Assembly (NCBI RefSeq): GCF_009914755.1
Contig: NC_060931.1
DNA length: 64,000 bases
Reading direction: 5' to 3' (one strand)
Origin: the human T2T-CHM13v2.0 reference genome, Homo sapiens
Each line of letters begins with the position of its first letter. Position 1 is the first letter of the stretch. A model generated the notes under the pieces. The model saw only the letters and a list, made by a program, of their open reading frames with translations. It ran no database searches and was not told where the DNA came from. Positions 18,051-30,310 of this stretch are shown here, in pieces. A program made the position numbers and the translations under genes.

Positions 18051-19229
18051 TTATTCAATAAAAAAAACAAGTGTAGTAATTACCTTATGAAACTTATACA
18101 CACAAATCCCTCTTCCTGGAGACATGGGTAAATCTCAGCTCTAACATCTTGGGCTTAAGTTTCAGCTTCAGTATCATCTCCCCTTTAAATTAAATTTCAT
18201 TCCTTTATTCCAATGAGGATTTTAACACAGAATATTTATATTTTACCACAATTAGAAAAGGACATTTTATAGTTCCTACTTAAGAGTGACTCTTTCAATG
18301 GCATGAATAATCTATTTAGATTCATATTTTCATAATGCCTGGCACAATGTGAAGTCTCAATAAATTGAATTATCAGGAACTGATATTAATTTGGCAGATG
18401 GTCTAGGAGAATTTTAAAAGGTGCACAGCACCCTTTTAAACACAGCCTGAGAGATGCTTGCACTTTTAGAATCCCTATGCCTTCCTAGTGTCCCCTGGGA
18501 CCTCCCCCTGCAGTAGCTTTTGTCTGACCACTGGGCTACCCCACTCATGGCTCAGCCTCCTCCTTCCAGCATTTCCCTCTGGACTCCTCTTGGAAGAAAC
18601 CTCCTGATGATTAGCAGCATGAAGAGCATAACCGATAACTGCAGGGATACAGTTCAGGTGAGGAGGAAAGTGGTAATTATTCCTTGAAACATAAAAGAAA
18701 AAAATCATTCCTACACTGCTTTTGTCCTTCACCTGACCTTGCCCTTGCTCTCCCTTCTCCCCACTCACACTTCCTCTCCTCAGTCACCTCCTCCTCGTTC
18801 TTCCCACTGACTCATTTCCTTCAAATATCCCATGTAGCTCTGACTTTAATCACGTTCCTCTGATTTTATGATGAAACACAGTTCTATGTCCTTCTACTGA
18901 TGTTGAATTACTGTATTTATATTATTACATCATTGGAGTTAATAAAGTCCCCTGTGCTATGCATCTGTTATTTCATCCAGAAAGACAATGGGGTAACGCA
19001 AGTATATTGCACAGGGGATGTGGGGTCATTATGTGCTGTTTTGTCTTGTTTGGTCTGGACTTCAAGTGCTGCAGATTGAGTTAGTCATACTCTTCAATTC
19101 GTGGCCAAATGTAGGTCTGGACTGATCCTTACTTTCACTAATATGAAGGTTTCTCTATGCTCACATTTCTGCTACAGTTTAGCACCTATGAGTTTAATCG
19201 ATTAAAACTAATATATAAAAATAATATTT

Positions 19230-19890
19230 ATAAATGATACTGTATTATTTTTATATGTATAATTTGTATTTGGTCTTTTTACTAATGGGTGTAAGCATCT
19301 CTTTGACAGTTAGCTTGTATGGCTCCTTCTGCTATTCATTGCACCTGCATACCCTCAGCCCATTTTCCCAGGGAAGCAACTGTCTGTGTCTTCATGGCAT
19401 GCAGGATTTCAGATTAATTTCTTCTTCATTTTAGACATAGCAAATCACTTTCTCAATCTGCTCATCTTTCTATTAACTTTGATGATGGTGCCCTTTTCTG
19501 AAGATAATTTATTGCTTTTATATAGTCATATTAATGCAGTTTTATCTCAAGGTTTATGCTTTAGATGTTTTGCTTAAAATATATCGTTTATAGAAATTCA
19601 AGAAAATATTATTTTATATTTTTTATATTAAGAACATAAATCTATATTTTAAAAATTATATTTTAGTCTATTTAGGTTTTACATTTTTATTTGTATCTTT
19701 ACCTTTTTATTTGTATTGAAACTTAAGTGCAGTTTCCCCAACATCATGTTAAACAACTTATTTTTCACCTTGTGTTTATGTTACTAACTTCATTGTATAT
19801 TTATTTTCCACACATAGATTGACGTTTCCCTGAGCTCTTTATTCAATTCCATTAGTCTATCTGTTTATTATTTTATGTATACCATAATGT
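19230..19890 (-). mobile_element. Old L1ME ORF2/3' fragments
   Basis: T-rich degenerate L1 antisense text, e.g. TTCCCTGAGCTCTTTATTCAATTCCATTAGTCTATCTG. Confidence 0.5.
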
Positions 19891-20303
19891 ATTCAAATAT
19901 AGAATAAACAGTTTAGGGGATGGATAAGAATCAATAATATTTTCCATCTTTCAAAACAATATAAATACATCTATAAATTGGACAATAGATCAAATGTTTA
20001 CTCCATAACGGACAGGGATCTCAAGAATCCATGATAGGTAAGAATATTTCTTAAACTATCCTGGAGCCTATACATAATGACTACAGAGTCTTTTTATCAG
20101 ACAACTGATAAAAGAAAGAGAGACAGTGACTATTAGAAATGTGTTTATGAGGCACATTAATAATTTTAAATAACATGTTATATGGAAAATACATAGTTAT
20201 AGAGTCCGGAACTTATGTAATTTGCCAAAAGAATGACCAGTTTGTCTGATAAAAATCACGATATTTTTAAGTACTTTATCGTATGATTAAAAATCACATA
20301 TTC

Positions 20304-20563
20304 TTGGGAGGCCAAGGCAGGTGGATCACCTGAGGCCAGCAGTTTGAGAGCAACCTGGCCAACATGACGAAACCCTGTCTCTACTAAAAATACAAAATTT
20401 AGCTGGGTATGGTGGCAGGCACCTGTAATCCCAGCTACTCGGGAGGCTGAGGCAGGAGAATTGCTTGAATCAGGAGGTGGAGGTTGTAGTGAGCCGAGAT
20501 AGTGCCATTGCACTCCAGCCTGGGTGACAAGAGCAAAACTACGTCTCAAAAACAAAAAAAAAA
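20304..20563 (+). mobile_element. AluSq-like, 5'-truncated by about 37 nt
   Basis: Begins TTGGGAGGCCAAGG and contains CAAGAGCAAAACT. TSD AAAAATCACATATTC / AAAAATCAAGATATTC. Confidence 0.92.
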
Positions 20564-22095
20564 ATCAAGATATTCAAAATGCTACTAATATTGTCTCTAA
20601 TTAGTAATAGAATATTTATTGTTATATATATATATTTTTTTACCTTGGATGACCTTGAATGCTGCAAGGTCCACTCCTTCTTTGACTGAATTTTATGTCT
20701 TTTAACTTTTTCATAAAATAAATACTCTTTTTACAAACAGAAGAATAATTATATTTTTGAATGGTAACTGGATTCAGGATTTTTGTTTGTTTGTTTGTTT
20801 GATGCGAAATGCCATTATGTCAGAGGCAACCCTGCTGAGGCACTTACTTGTACGTGTGACCTACATAGGCTTTCAAAGGTCAGCAAAAATTGTGATTGCT
20901 TGCAGATTGCTTTGACATTTTTGAACAAGTTCACAAATAAAAATATGCATCCGATCTTGTGTCCTTTCACTGAATATTTTCCCTTTTCCTATTCTCACTT
21001 TCCCAATAACATTTTTTCTCTTACTCTTTTTTGGCTCTTATTTCTCCCTCTAGCCACAATTGTCCTCTGAATTTAAGATCCACAACAGCAGTTTACTCTG
21101 TGTCTCCTACCATAGTTCTCTCTGTCTCTTTTCTTGATCACTCCTTTTCTGGTAGGTTTTCTTAGACTCAAGGAGGAAAAAGGGCGGACAGACTGATGAA
21201 GGAAGCAATAGAATATTGTTACAGCTCATCAAAAGTGGAAAAAAAAAAGAGAGGGGTACAATTTGCAACATAAAAACAATTGTTCCTACTCTCAAAAAGT
21301 TACTCTAGGATGAATTACAAATAGCAGTTCACTATTATGAAGTGGATGGGGGTGTGGAGGGAGTGAGGAAAGGAGAGAGAGAGGGAGAATATGATTACGC
21401 TGGGATGGGGCCAGTCCCTCAGGAAGAACCCTTGAGTATAAACTTCCTACAATGTCTTTCTATAATCTTCAGATTTGAAGGATGATTTGACAAAATATAA
21501 AATCTTTGGCTCATAAATTTATTCCCAGCCTCCTTCTGGAAAAGTTGCTAATTTCCATCATGCTTTGATTTTTTGCTATGGGAAAGAAATCTTATACCAT
21601 CCTGATTTCATTTCATTGTAAATAAGGTGGTATATTTCTTTTGCCAGGAAACCTAGATTAGACAAGCTTTACATGGACATTTTCTAATTTTCTAACTTTT
21701 AAGATTCTGATTAGAGCTGTTCTTTTACATTTGCAAACGTTCATTTATTAATATTTAATTTTTTGTTGGAGTATTTTGTAGTCACTTTCTTCTGCTTCAT
21801 GGTTCATATTTTGGGAAGTATTCTCATCAGCTGAAAAATTTTTTCTTCATTTTCCACCTCATTTTAAGGTAGCTTACACAAATATCTGTCATTTCATAGG
21901 TATTTCAACATTCTTAAATCACATTCTTAGATGTTACTTGACCAGAAATCACAGGCATTTCTATGGTAGTGGTAAGGTCCTTGGGTGAGTTATTAGATTT
22001 TATATTTTAAAAGTGCCCATCCTTTTGGTTCAAGAAGAGCATTGGGAAGGCTTTGGTATGTCCAGTGACACCAGGATGCTTTTGTTTCTATATGA

Positions 22096-22390
22096 TTTTT
22101 TTTTTTTTTTTGAGACGGAGTCTCACTCTGTGCCTAGGCTGGAGTGCAAAGGCACGATCTGGGTCACTGCAACCTTCGCCTCCTGGGTTCAAGCAATTCT
22201 CCCACCTCAGCCTCCCAACTAGCTGGGATTACAGGCATGTGCCACCGCTCCTGGCTAATTTTTGTATTTTTAGTAGAGACAGGGCTTCATTTGTTGGCCA
22301 GGCTTGTCTTGAACTCCTGACCTCAAGTGATCTGCCTGCATCTGCCTCCCAAAGTGCTGGGATTACAGGCATGAGCCACCATGCCTGGCC
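22096..22390 (-). mobile_element. AluSx/Sz-like, full length
   Basis: Poly-T then GAGACGGAGTCTCAC...ATGCCTGGCC. TSD TTTCTAT(A/G)TGATT. Confidence 0.95.
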
Positions 22391-23279
22391 GTTTTCTATG
22401 TGATTCTTTAGTTTTATCACCTCCTTTCTTCTCTCCCTTCATCCCTAAGACTTCAAGGGCCACCATCCCATTCAAGCCACTGCTTCTTACCTAGAATCAG
22501 TGTTCTCTCAGGACTGCCCATTGACCCTGTGTACTTCTGAGGCCCTTCCATTTCGTTTGTTGGTAGTGAGTGCTCTGATCTTCCATGTCTCAGCTCTTCT
22601 CACAATATATCCCCATTCAGTGCGGGACCTGTTCTTTGTTGCATGATTTTATCTAGTCCCATCACCATTAACAAACAGCTGCATTTTTTTTTCTTGTGTA
22701 TTCTTTGCCTGATTTTCCACTCTTCTGCACCACATGGAGCGAACTTGCTTGCCTGAGTATTTTCACAGTGAAGTATAATTGAAGTTTGGAGTACTCTCGT
22801 CTCCTATGTATGTTCTCCTCATGGATTTAGAAAGGTTTTATGCACTCTAATGTTTGCGCTATGTAATTTTGGAGAATGTCTGTAGAGACATGTATTTTTT
22901 TCAGTTTTCAGTTTCTTGTGGGACTCTCAAGTTATTTGTAAGTCCTTATATTCTGAATATCAGAAGATGAAAGAATTTTCTTGTCAAATGAGCATTTACA
23001 GTATAAGTGATATGCATAGTGTTGTAATAGGTTTTCCTATTCTACACATATTCAAGGAGGGTACTTGAAACACCTGACATTGTTCAAGCTTAGTGTTTCC
23101 ACAGGAAACATTTGTGGGAACTGATTTCCAAATGCAAATTCACATACTTCAATATCACATCCTTGTAAGTTGTAAAATGCAAGCGAACAAAAATATTCCT
23201 TTGAAAGTTTGTAACTTGTAACCTAAAAAAGCAGTCAGCTGCTTCTAGCCACCGGTAAAAGTGTTATACACCACCTGGT

Positions 23280-23470
23280 GCACTGGTTCTTGAACTTCAC
23301 TGTATATAGGAAGCCAAACAATAGAGGAAATTATGAAAAATGTATATTTCCCCACCAGACCTGCAGAAATTCTGATACAGCAGGTATCTGGGTTGAGCCC
23401 CAGGGTTCTTCACTTTTTATCATTGAAGATCATTGTAAGATCTCTGGTTATTCTAGTTGAGAAATACTGT
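23280..23470. mobile_element. MER5A-like hAT-Charlie MITE
   Basis: Degenerate TIRs CACTGGTTCTTGAACT and AGTTGAGAAATACTG. Internal CAGAAATTCTGATACAGCAGGT. Confidence 0.6.
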
Positions 23471-23722
23471 CTCACGCCTTTTGTATTATGTTGTTCCTCA
23501 AATCTGCTTAGCCTTCCCTCACTGCAATAATTATTGTTCAAAATTACAGAATATACTTTACTACATTAAACAGTAGTTATCCATTCTGATAGATTTACAT
23601 TCCATTACATGGTGTCTACTTTGTTCCTCAAGATATTCATAGTACACAGCACATTATTTGTGTATTGTAGGCAGCCAATACATATTTATTGAACATGTGA
23701 ATAATTGAAAATGACAAAAGCA

Positions 23723-24029
23723 GTCAGACGCGGTGGCTCACACCTGTAATCCCAGCACTTTGGGAGGCCGAGGTGGGCGGATCATGAGGTCAGGAGATCG
23801 AGACCATCCTGGCTAACACGGTGAAACCCCGTCTCTAATTAAAATACAAAAAATTAGCTGGGCATGGTGTCGGGCGCCTTGTAGTCCCAGCTACTCAGGA
23901 GGCTGAGGCAGGAGAAAGGCAGAATGGCATGAAACTGGGAGGCGGAGCTTGCAGTGAGCAAAGATCGTACTACTGCACTCCAGCCTGGGCGACAGAGCGA
24001 CTCTGTCTCAAAAAAAAAAAAAAAAGAAA
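23723..24029 (+). mobile_element. AluY
   Basis: Diagnostic GAGATCGAGACCATCCTGGCTAACACGGTG and GCGGAGCTTGCAGTGAG. TSD GAAAATGACAAA(A/C)GCA. Small internal duplication AGAAAGGC-AGAATGGC. Confidence 0.95.
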
Positions 24030-24547
24030 GAAAATGACAAACGCAAAAACGCAACCATACTGTAGATAATCATTTTTAGGTTATTAAAATTAAATTTGAG
24101 TGATTGATATTTTAATGTGACATGTAGAATACCTTTATCTATTTTAATGTATATTTCATATGCTATCAATTCAAGGCCATTAAGTTGTAAAACTGCCTAT
24201 AAGTAGCAACAAAAATTATAATGTAGAAATAATTATTTTAAGAAGTTTTTTGTAAATAATTTAAACTCCTTCGTTTGAACTAAGAGGAAAATATGCCCAG
24301 AAGTATTAAAGCACTTATCTCCCATCACACACACCCCTTCATGTGCTGGCCCACTCAGGATCAGTGAGGACCAGGGCCCAGGATTCTTTTCTTGGCAAAT
24401 TGATGCTACTCTAAAGGGAGCTGCCTATTGAATAAGATAAGTTTAGGTTGATCTTCCAGGGTTTTGCCCCCGTTTAAACTATAATATCATTGAAATTAAT
24501 ATTCAGAATCCCGAGTCTCCTGCTCTGACCTTTTATTTTCCTGCTCG

Positions 24548-24800
24548 ATTTTTTAATTTTAAAACTGACATATAATAATTGTACATATGCATGAGATACC
24601 TAGTGATGTTTTGATTCATATAATGTATAGTGATCAGGTCAAGATAATTAGCATATCCATCATCTCAAACATTTAATATTTCTTTCTGTTGGGAACATTA
24701 AATATCCTTCTTCTAGTTATGCAGAACTATATGTTATTGTTAACTACAGTCATTCTACAGTGCTATGGAATACTAGACCTTATCTCACCTGACTTGCTGT
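24548..24800 (-). mobile_element. L1MA4-7-type 3' end
   Basis: TGACATATAATAATTGTACATAT...AATTAGCATATCCATCATCTCAAACATT...GTTAACTACAGTCATTCTACAGTGCTAT. Confidence 0.8.
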
Positions 24801-25088
24801 CATTTCCTTTTCTGTTGTAGGTGCTGCCCCTCGAGTCCTATATTCAATGACTCTCAAATGTCCTTTTCACTTAATTTATTGGCAACAATCTTTATTTCCA
24901 ATAGACAACTACTGATTAGGTCTTGTGTTCAAGATTTTTAAAAAATGATTCTAATTATTCTTTCATTGTGGATTGCTATAATTTAATGTAAAAATTTATA
25001 CTTGCCATATCCATTTCTGATCGTCCACCATGTTTAGAAACTTTACTGAATACATCACAAACATTACCCCATCTCTTCCTCAATGTAG

Positions 25089-25278
25089 TTCTGCAGCAAA
25101 TATGGAACCACCTACAATACATAGATGAGGTCATTGAAATTAAGGCAGCACTTGCATTAAGAGTCTGCAAACTGGTATTTATAATTTCATTAACTGCTGA
25201 ACTTGTAAATTGTTCCTCTGAAAGTTATATTACACAAAGGAGAGCGCATTTGCCTCAGAAGCAAGTATTAAGCTTCAG
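25089..25278 (+). other. Candidate exon (unvalidated)
   Basis: Strong CAG|GTAAGA donor at 25278/9. Possible acceptors at 25088 (TCTCTTCCTCAATGTAG) or 24820 (TTTCCTTTTCTGTTGTAG, with branch-like CCTGAC). Confidence 0.2.
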
Positions 25279-27278
25279 GTAAGAGCCAGAACTATCTTCT
25301 TTTTATTTGTTTCTTTATTACCTGAGAAATTTATGGCTAGACCTCTCCCAGTTTAAGTATTGAATCTGATCCCTAGTGTTTCCTGGGTGATGGACTGTGT
25401 ATCCAGGCCTCAGGGATCTTTTTTATTCATAATTTCATCTCCTGGAGCCTCATCTGCCTCGAAATAGGTATGTCAAGATGACAGTTCCTATGAATTTTCC
25501 TTACCTAGGATTTAATTAGAGGCCATTGTCCCTTATTCTCCTCTGACATTAGTTATCCAGTCCCTTTCTCAATTCCAGGTTCTTCCAAAACAGAAGCAAG
25601 TACACAAAGCAAAGCAAAAACTCACAAGATTCCTCACAGTCTTGTTCCAGTGCATTGCACATACAAAAAAAAAATGCTCAGTCCATAATGCATTTTAATC
25701 ATTAAGCCAACATCAACTTTTATTAAATGGTATCTACTCTCCAATTCCTTAGCATTTCAAAAATCATGGGAACCTAAGTTCTCCTGTTGCTATAAAATCC
25801 ATTAGTATATTATATTTCTTCCCATTCAGAAATATGGCTTTTTTGATGTGCTTGCTTCCTTGATGGTTTTTCAAGACACAGAAGCAACTTCTTTAACCCT
25901 ACCTTACCCAGACCTCTCAAGTAACACTTAACTGAACTTAATTAATTGGTTTTTCTTTCCCTCTTGGTCAGCTGCATCTGTTCCCACTTTCCCCTCAGCT
26001 CTGATCAATGAACACAAATAATATACATGCATTCCCCACAGTGGCCATACCATTAATATGTGTGTATAAATAGCTCATGCTTCATTGTAACTCAGTATCA
26101 CTAAAACTTTGCTTAGACGCTTCCGAGCATTCAAGGCATAGGTCTAGACCAAGTGCGCATTGAGAAATGAAGGAAGAGCAGGGTAGCTCTGTTGCTACTC
26201 TTGGTGAAACATGTGATGTGATGTGTAAATCACAGTCACTGCTTGATATGGTTTGCCTGTGTCCCCACAAAAATCTCATCTTGAATTGTAGTTTCCAGAA
26301 TCCTCATGTTTCGTGGGAGGGACCAGGTAGAGATGATGGAATCATAGGGGAGGTCTCCCCAATCCTGTACTTTTGATAGTAAGTTAGTTCTCATGAGATC
26401 TGATGGTTTCATAAGCAGCATCACCCTTTGCTCAGCAGTCATTCTTCTCCTTGCTGCCATCTTGTGAAGAAAGATGTATTTTCTTCCCTTCTACTATCAT
26501 TGTAAGTTTCCTGAGGCCTCCTCAGCCATGGTGAACTGCAAGTCAAACCTCTTTATAAAACAAATTACCCCAGTCTTGGACATGTCCCTATTAGCAGCAT
26601 GAGAATGGACTAATACAGTAAACTGGTACCAGGAATGGGATGCTGTTGTAAAAATACCCAAAAATGTGGAAGCTACTTTGGATCTGGGTAGCAGGAAGAG
26701 ATTGGAACAGTTTGGAGGGCTCAGTCAAGAAGGTAGGAAGATGTGAGAAAGTTTGGAACTTCCTAGAGACTTGTTTAATGGCTTTGGCCAAAATATTGAT
26801 AGTGATATGGACAATGAAGTCTAGGCTGAGGTGGCCTTAGCCACCTAAGATGAGGAACTTGTTGGGAACAGGACTAAAGGTGACCCTTGCTATGTTTTAG
26901 CAAAGATACTGGTGGCATTTTGCCTCTGCCCTAGAGATACGTGGAACTTTCAACTTGAGAGATGATTTAGGGTATCTTGAGGAAGAAACTTCTAAACAAC
27001 AGAAGTGTTCAAGAGTTGACTTTGGTGTTGTTAAAAGCATTCAGTTTTATGTATTCACAAAGATATGGTTTGGAATTGGAACTCATGTTTAAAAGGGAAG
27101 CAGAGAATAAAAGTTTGGAAAATTTGCAGCCTGATGATGTGATAGAAAAAACAAAAAAGAAAACCATTTTCTGAGGAAAAATTCAAGCCAGCTGTAGAAA
27201 TTTCCATAAGTAAGGAGGAGCCCAATCTTAATCACCAAGACAATGGAGAAAATGTCTCCAGGGTATATCAGAGGGCTT

Positions 27279-27868
27279 TGTTTGAAATGCTTGTTTTCTG
27301 GTGCCATAAAGAAATAGCACTTGAACATAAATTTAATTTATTTAGTAAGGCCATTTTTACTTTTTGCAGAAAGGGTACACTTGCCAGCAGTTTTGCCACG
27401 AGAGTACATGGAATAAAGGAGACAGGGTCATTTAAAACCTGATGCATTTCCCTTCCTGCTGTGTCCGGTTTTTATTGGCTGGAACGGGACTTTATATTTT
27501 GTATTTGCCTCAATTGGCTAGCAACTTAGAACTTTTAAAAGAGGCAAAGGTAAAGGAGAACAAAGGAAGGAGGAAGTAACTTGTGGAATGTTGAGAAAGG
27601 TAAAAACACTTTTAAATAAGGAAGAGGAATAGGCTATGACCTAATGCTTACTTGGACTAGTATAAGCATGTCAGGGCAAATATTTAGGCTAAATTGTGGG
27701 AGCTAAGAACATAAAGAACATTGATTTTTTTTTATTACAGCTAGCATATATTTAAGAATGTTAGCACAGGTCTTTGAATAAATTTTGCTTCTAAGAGAAG
27801 TTACTATTTATTTTTAATTAGATGGTGAGGAAAGTCTTTTAAGAGGAACCTCTACTTTACTTTTTACA
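27279..27868 (-). mobile_element. LTR10A (HERV-I group) solo LTR nested in THE1-int
   Basis: Reverse complement starts TGTAAAAAGTAAAGTAGAGGTTCCTCTT. TSD GCTT/TCTT. THE1-int resumes in register. Confidence 0.85.
27654..27673. promoter_or_regulatory. p53 response-element-like site
   Basis: GGACTAGTAT AAGCATGTCA: two RRRCWWGYYY half-sites, zero spacer, intact CWWG cores, one flank mismatch each. Confidence 0.45.
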
Positions 27869-29652
27869 TCTTCAAAGCTGCCTCTCCCATCACAGGCCCA
27901 GAGGCCTAGGAGAAAAAAAAATGGTTTAGTGGGCCAGGCCCAGGGCCTTGATGCTTTGTGCAGTCTCAGGACTTGGTGCCCTGCATCCCAGCCATGGCTA
28001 AAAGGAGTCAAGATACAGCTTGGGCCATGGTTTCAGAGAGTGCAAGCCTTAAGCCTTGGCAGCTTCCACGTGGTATTGAGTCCGCAGGTGCACAGAAGTC
28101 AAGAATTGAGGTTTGGGAACCTCTGCTTAGATTTCAGAGGATGTATGGAAATGCCTGGATGTTCAGACAGAAGTTTGCTGCAAGGGCAGAGTCCTCAGGG
28201 AGAGCCTCTGCTAGGGCAATGTGGAAGGAAATTGTGGTGTTGGAGCCCCATACAGACTCCCCACTGTGGCACTGCCTAGTGGAACTGTGAGAAGTGGGCC
28301 ACCGTCCTCCAGAACCCAGAATGGTAGACTCACCAACAGCTTGAACCATGCACCTGGAAAAGCCACAGATACTCAATGCCAGCCCATGAGTGCAGGCAAG
28401 ATGGGGGCTGTACCCTGCAAAGTCACCGGGGTGAAACTGCTCAAGATCATGGGAGTCTACCTCTCGCATCAGTGTGATCTGGATGTGAGGCATGGAGTCA
28501 AAGGAGATCATTTTGGAGCTTTAAAATTTAATGGCTGCCCTGCTGGATTTTGGACGTGCCTGGGGTCTGTAACTCCTTCAGTTTGGGCCAGTTTCTCCCA
28601 TTTGGAACAGGTGTATTTACCCAATGTCTCTACCCCCATGGTTGTCTAGTAAGTAACTAACTTGCTTTTGATTTTACAGACTCATAGGCAGAAGGAACTT
28701 GCTGTGTCTCAGACGAGACTTTGGACTTGGACTTTTGGGTTAATGCTGGAATGATTTAAGACTTTAGGGGACAGTTGGGAAGGCATGATTGTGTTTTGAA
28801 TTGTGATGACATGAAGATTCGGGAGGAGCGAGGGACAGAATGATATGGTTTGGCTGTGTCCCTACCCAAATCTCTTGTCTTGAACTGTAGTTTCCATAAT
28901 CCCCACATGTTTTAGGAAGGACCAGATGGAGATAATTGAATCGGGGGGTGGGTCCTCCCATCCTGTTCTCATGATAGAGTTAGTTCTCAGGAGATCTGAT
29001 TTTTTTAACAAGGGGCTTTTCTTTTTGCTGGGCACGTCTCCTTCCTGCCATATGTGAAGAAGGACGTGTTTGCTTCCCTTTCATGACTATAAGTTTCCTG
29101 AGTCCTCCTCAGCCAGGCTGAACTGTGAGTCAATTAAACCTATTTCCTTTATAAATTGCCCAGTCTCGAGTTTGCTTATTAGCAATGTGAGAACACTCTA
29201 ATACACTGCTCAGCACCTCTAGATGGAGTACCTTTCCAAATGTTTGAAATAGATCCAAGACCTGCCATTGATTGTACTGTCTTACTACTGTGTCCAAATA
29301 TTTCTATTCCAGAAAGAATGATATATTTTTGTTTTTCCTTAGGGCCAAGATGGAGTGTCCTATCTATACCACCCATCACACAGAACATTGAAATGCATCT
29401 ATATTAGTGGTGAGAAGAGAGGCGGCCTGGGGGTGACCTTGAAATAAAAAAGAAGCATATGGAAATAAGCCTAGGGCTCTCAAATTCTGGATCTAAAAAG
29501 CAACAAAGAGAATCTCAGTGGTTGATGTGTCGGAAATAGAAAGTGAATGAGTTTGAGATTTTATATATATATATGCAAATAATAACAAATTGTCAGTTTT
29601 CTCTGACAAAAGTTTTAATTCTGCTTCATGGCTTTAAACATATGCAGTATAT

Positions 29653-30310
29653 CTAGCTTCGACTTAGAATATAGAAAGCTGGAAGGAATATTGTTTCCAC
29701 CCTTACAATAAACACAACAAAAACATGCTGGATTGTCTATTAAATTACAACTTTCTTCAACCTACTAGATTGCTGAGGACAAGAAAACAAACTGAAGAAA
29801 AAGAACCTCCAGGGAGACAAGGAGGCAAGCATTTGTGGGAGAAGATACAGCTGATGACAAGAAGTTTGCTAAATTTCGAGTAAATAATTGAGGCCAAGGG
29901 TGGGCAAGTGTGAGAGTATAGAAACCCTCAGCACCCTTTTCTCATGGACCTCTTGAGAAATATGGGAACACAGCGAGACGCAGAAGCAAACTTCCTTTGT
30001 GGTGAAAGTGTAAGGGAGAGAACAGTGGTGCCCACAGGCAAAGCTTCACTAAAGTCCTTCACTCCTATCGCTCCTATGGTACAAAACAAAAAGCTGGTCC
30101 AGGAAGGCTTGCAAAGCTGTTCTTCCCATGGAAAATCTATGGCAGTTGTGGTAAGGGAAGACTGAGGGAGGGAGTCAGAGAGAGGAAGAAAATAAGGAAG
30201 AAGTCTACTTTTGGAGAAAGACAAGAAGCATCCAGATTGTTAGACATTCTTCTGGCCAGACCTACTGAGAAAAGGGTACTGCACCTACTTAAGACTGTGG
30301 TGAACCAAAC
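29653..30310 (+). mobile_element. Old L1M (L1MC/MD-like) 5' region remnant
   Basis: CTTCGACTTAGAATATAGAAAGCTGGAAGG...CAACTTTCTTCAACC resembles old L1M 5' ends. Confidence 0.4.

Larger units (their letters stand above)
26244..29205 (+). mobile_element. Full-length THE1D(-like) MaLR provirus: 5'LTR 26244-26617, internal region, 3'LTR 28841-29205
   Basis: Two TGATATGGTTTG...TAATACA LTRs around a THE1-int body. Polypurine tract before the 3'LTR. Exact TSD CTGCT at 26239-26243 and 29206-29210. Confidence 0.95.

Noticed and set aside
27929-28649. 110-142 aa ORFs
   Set aside because: Fragments of the decayed THE1 internal region, not host genes.
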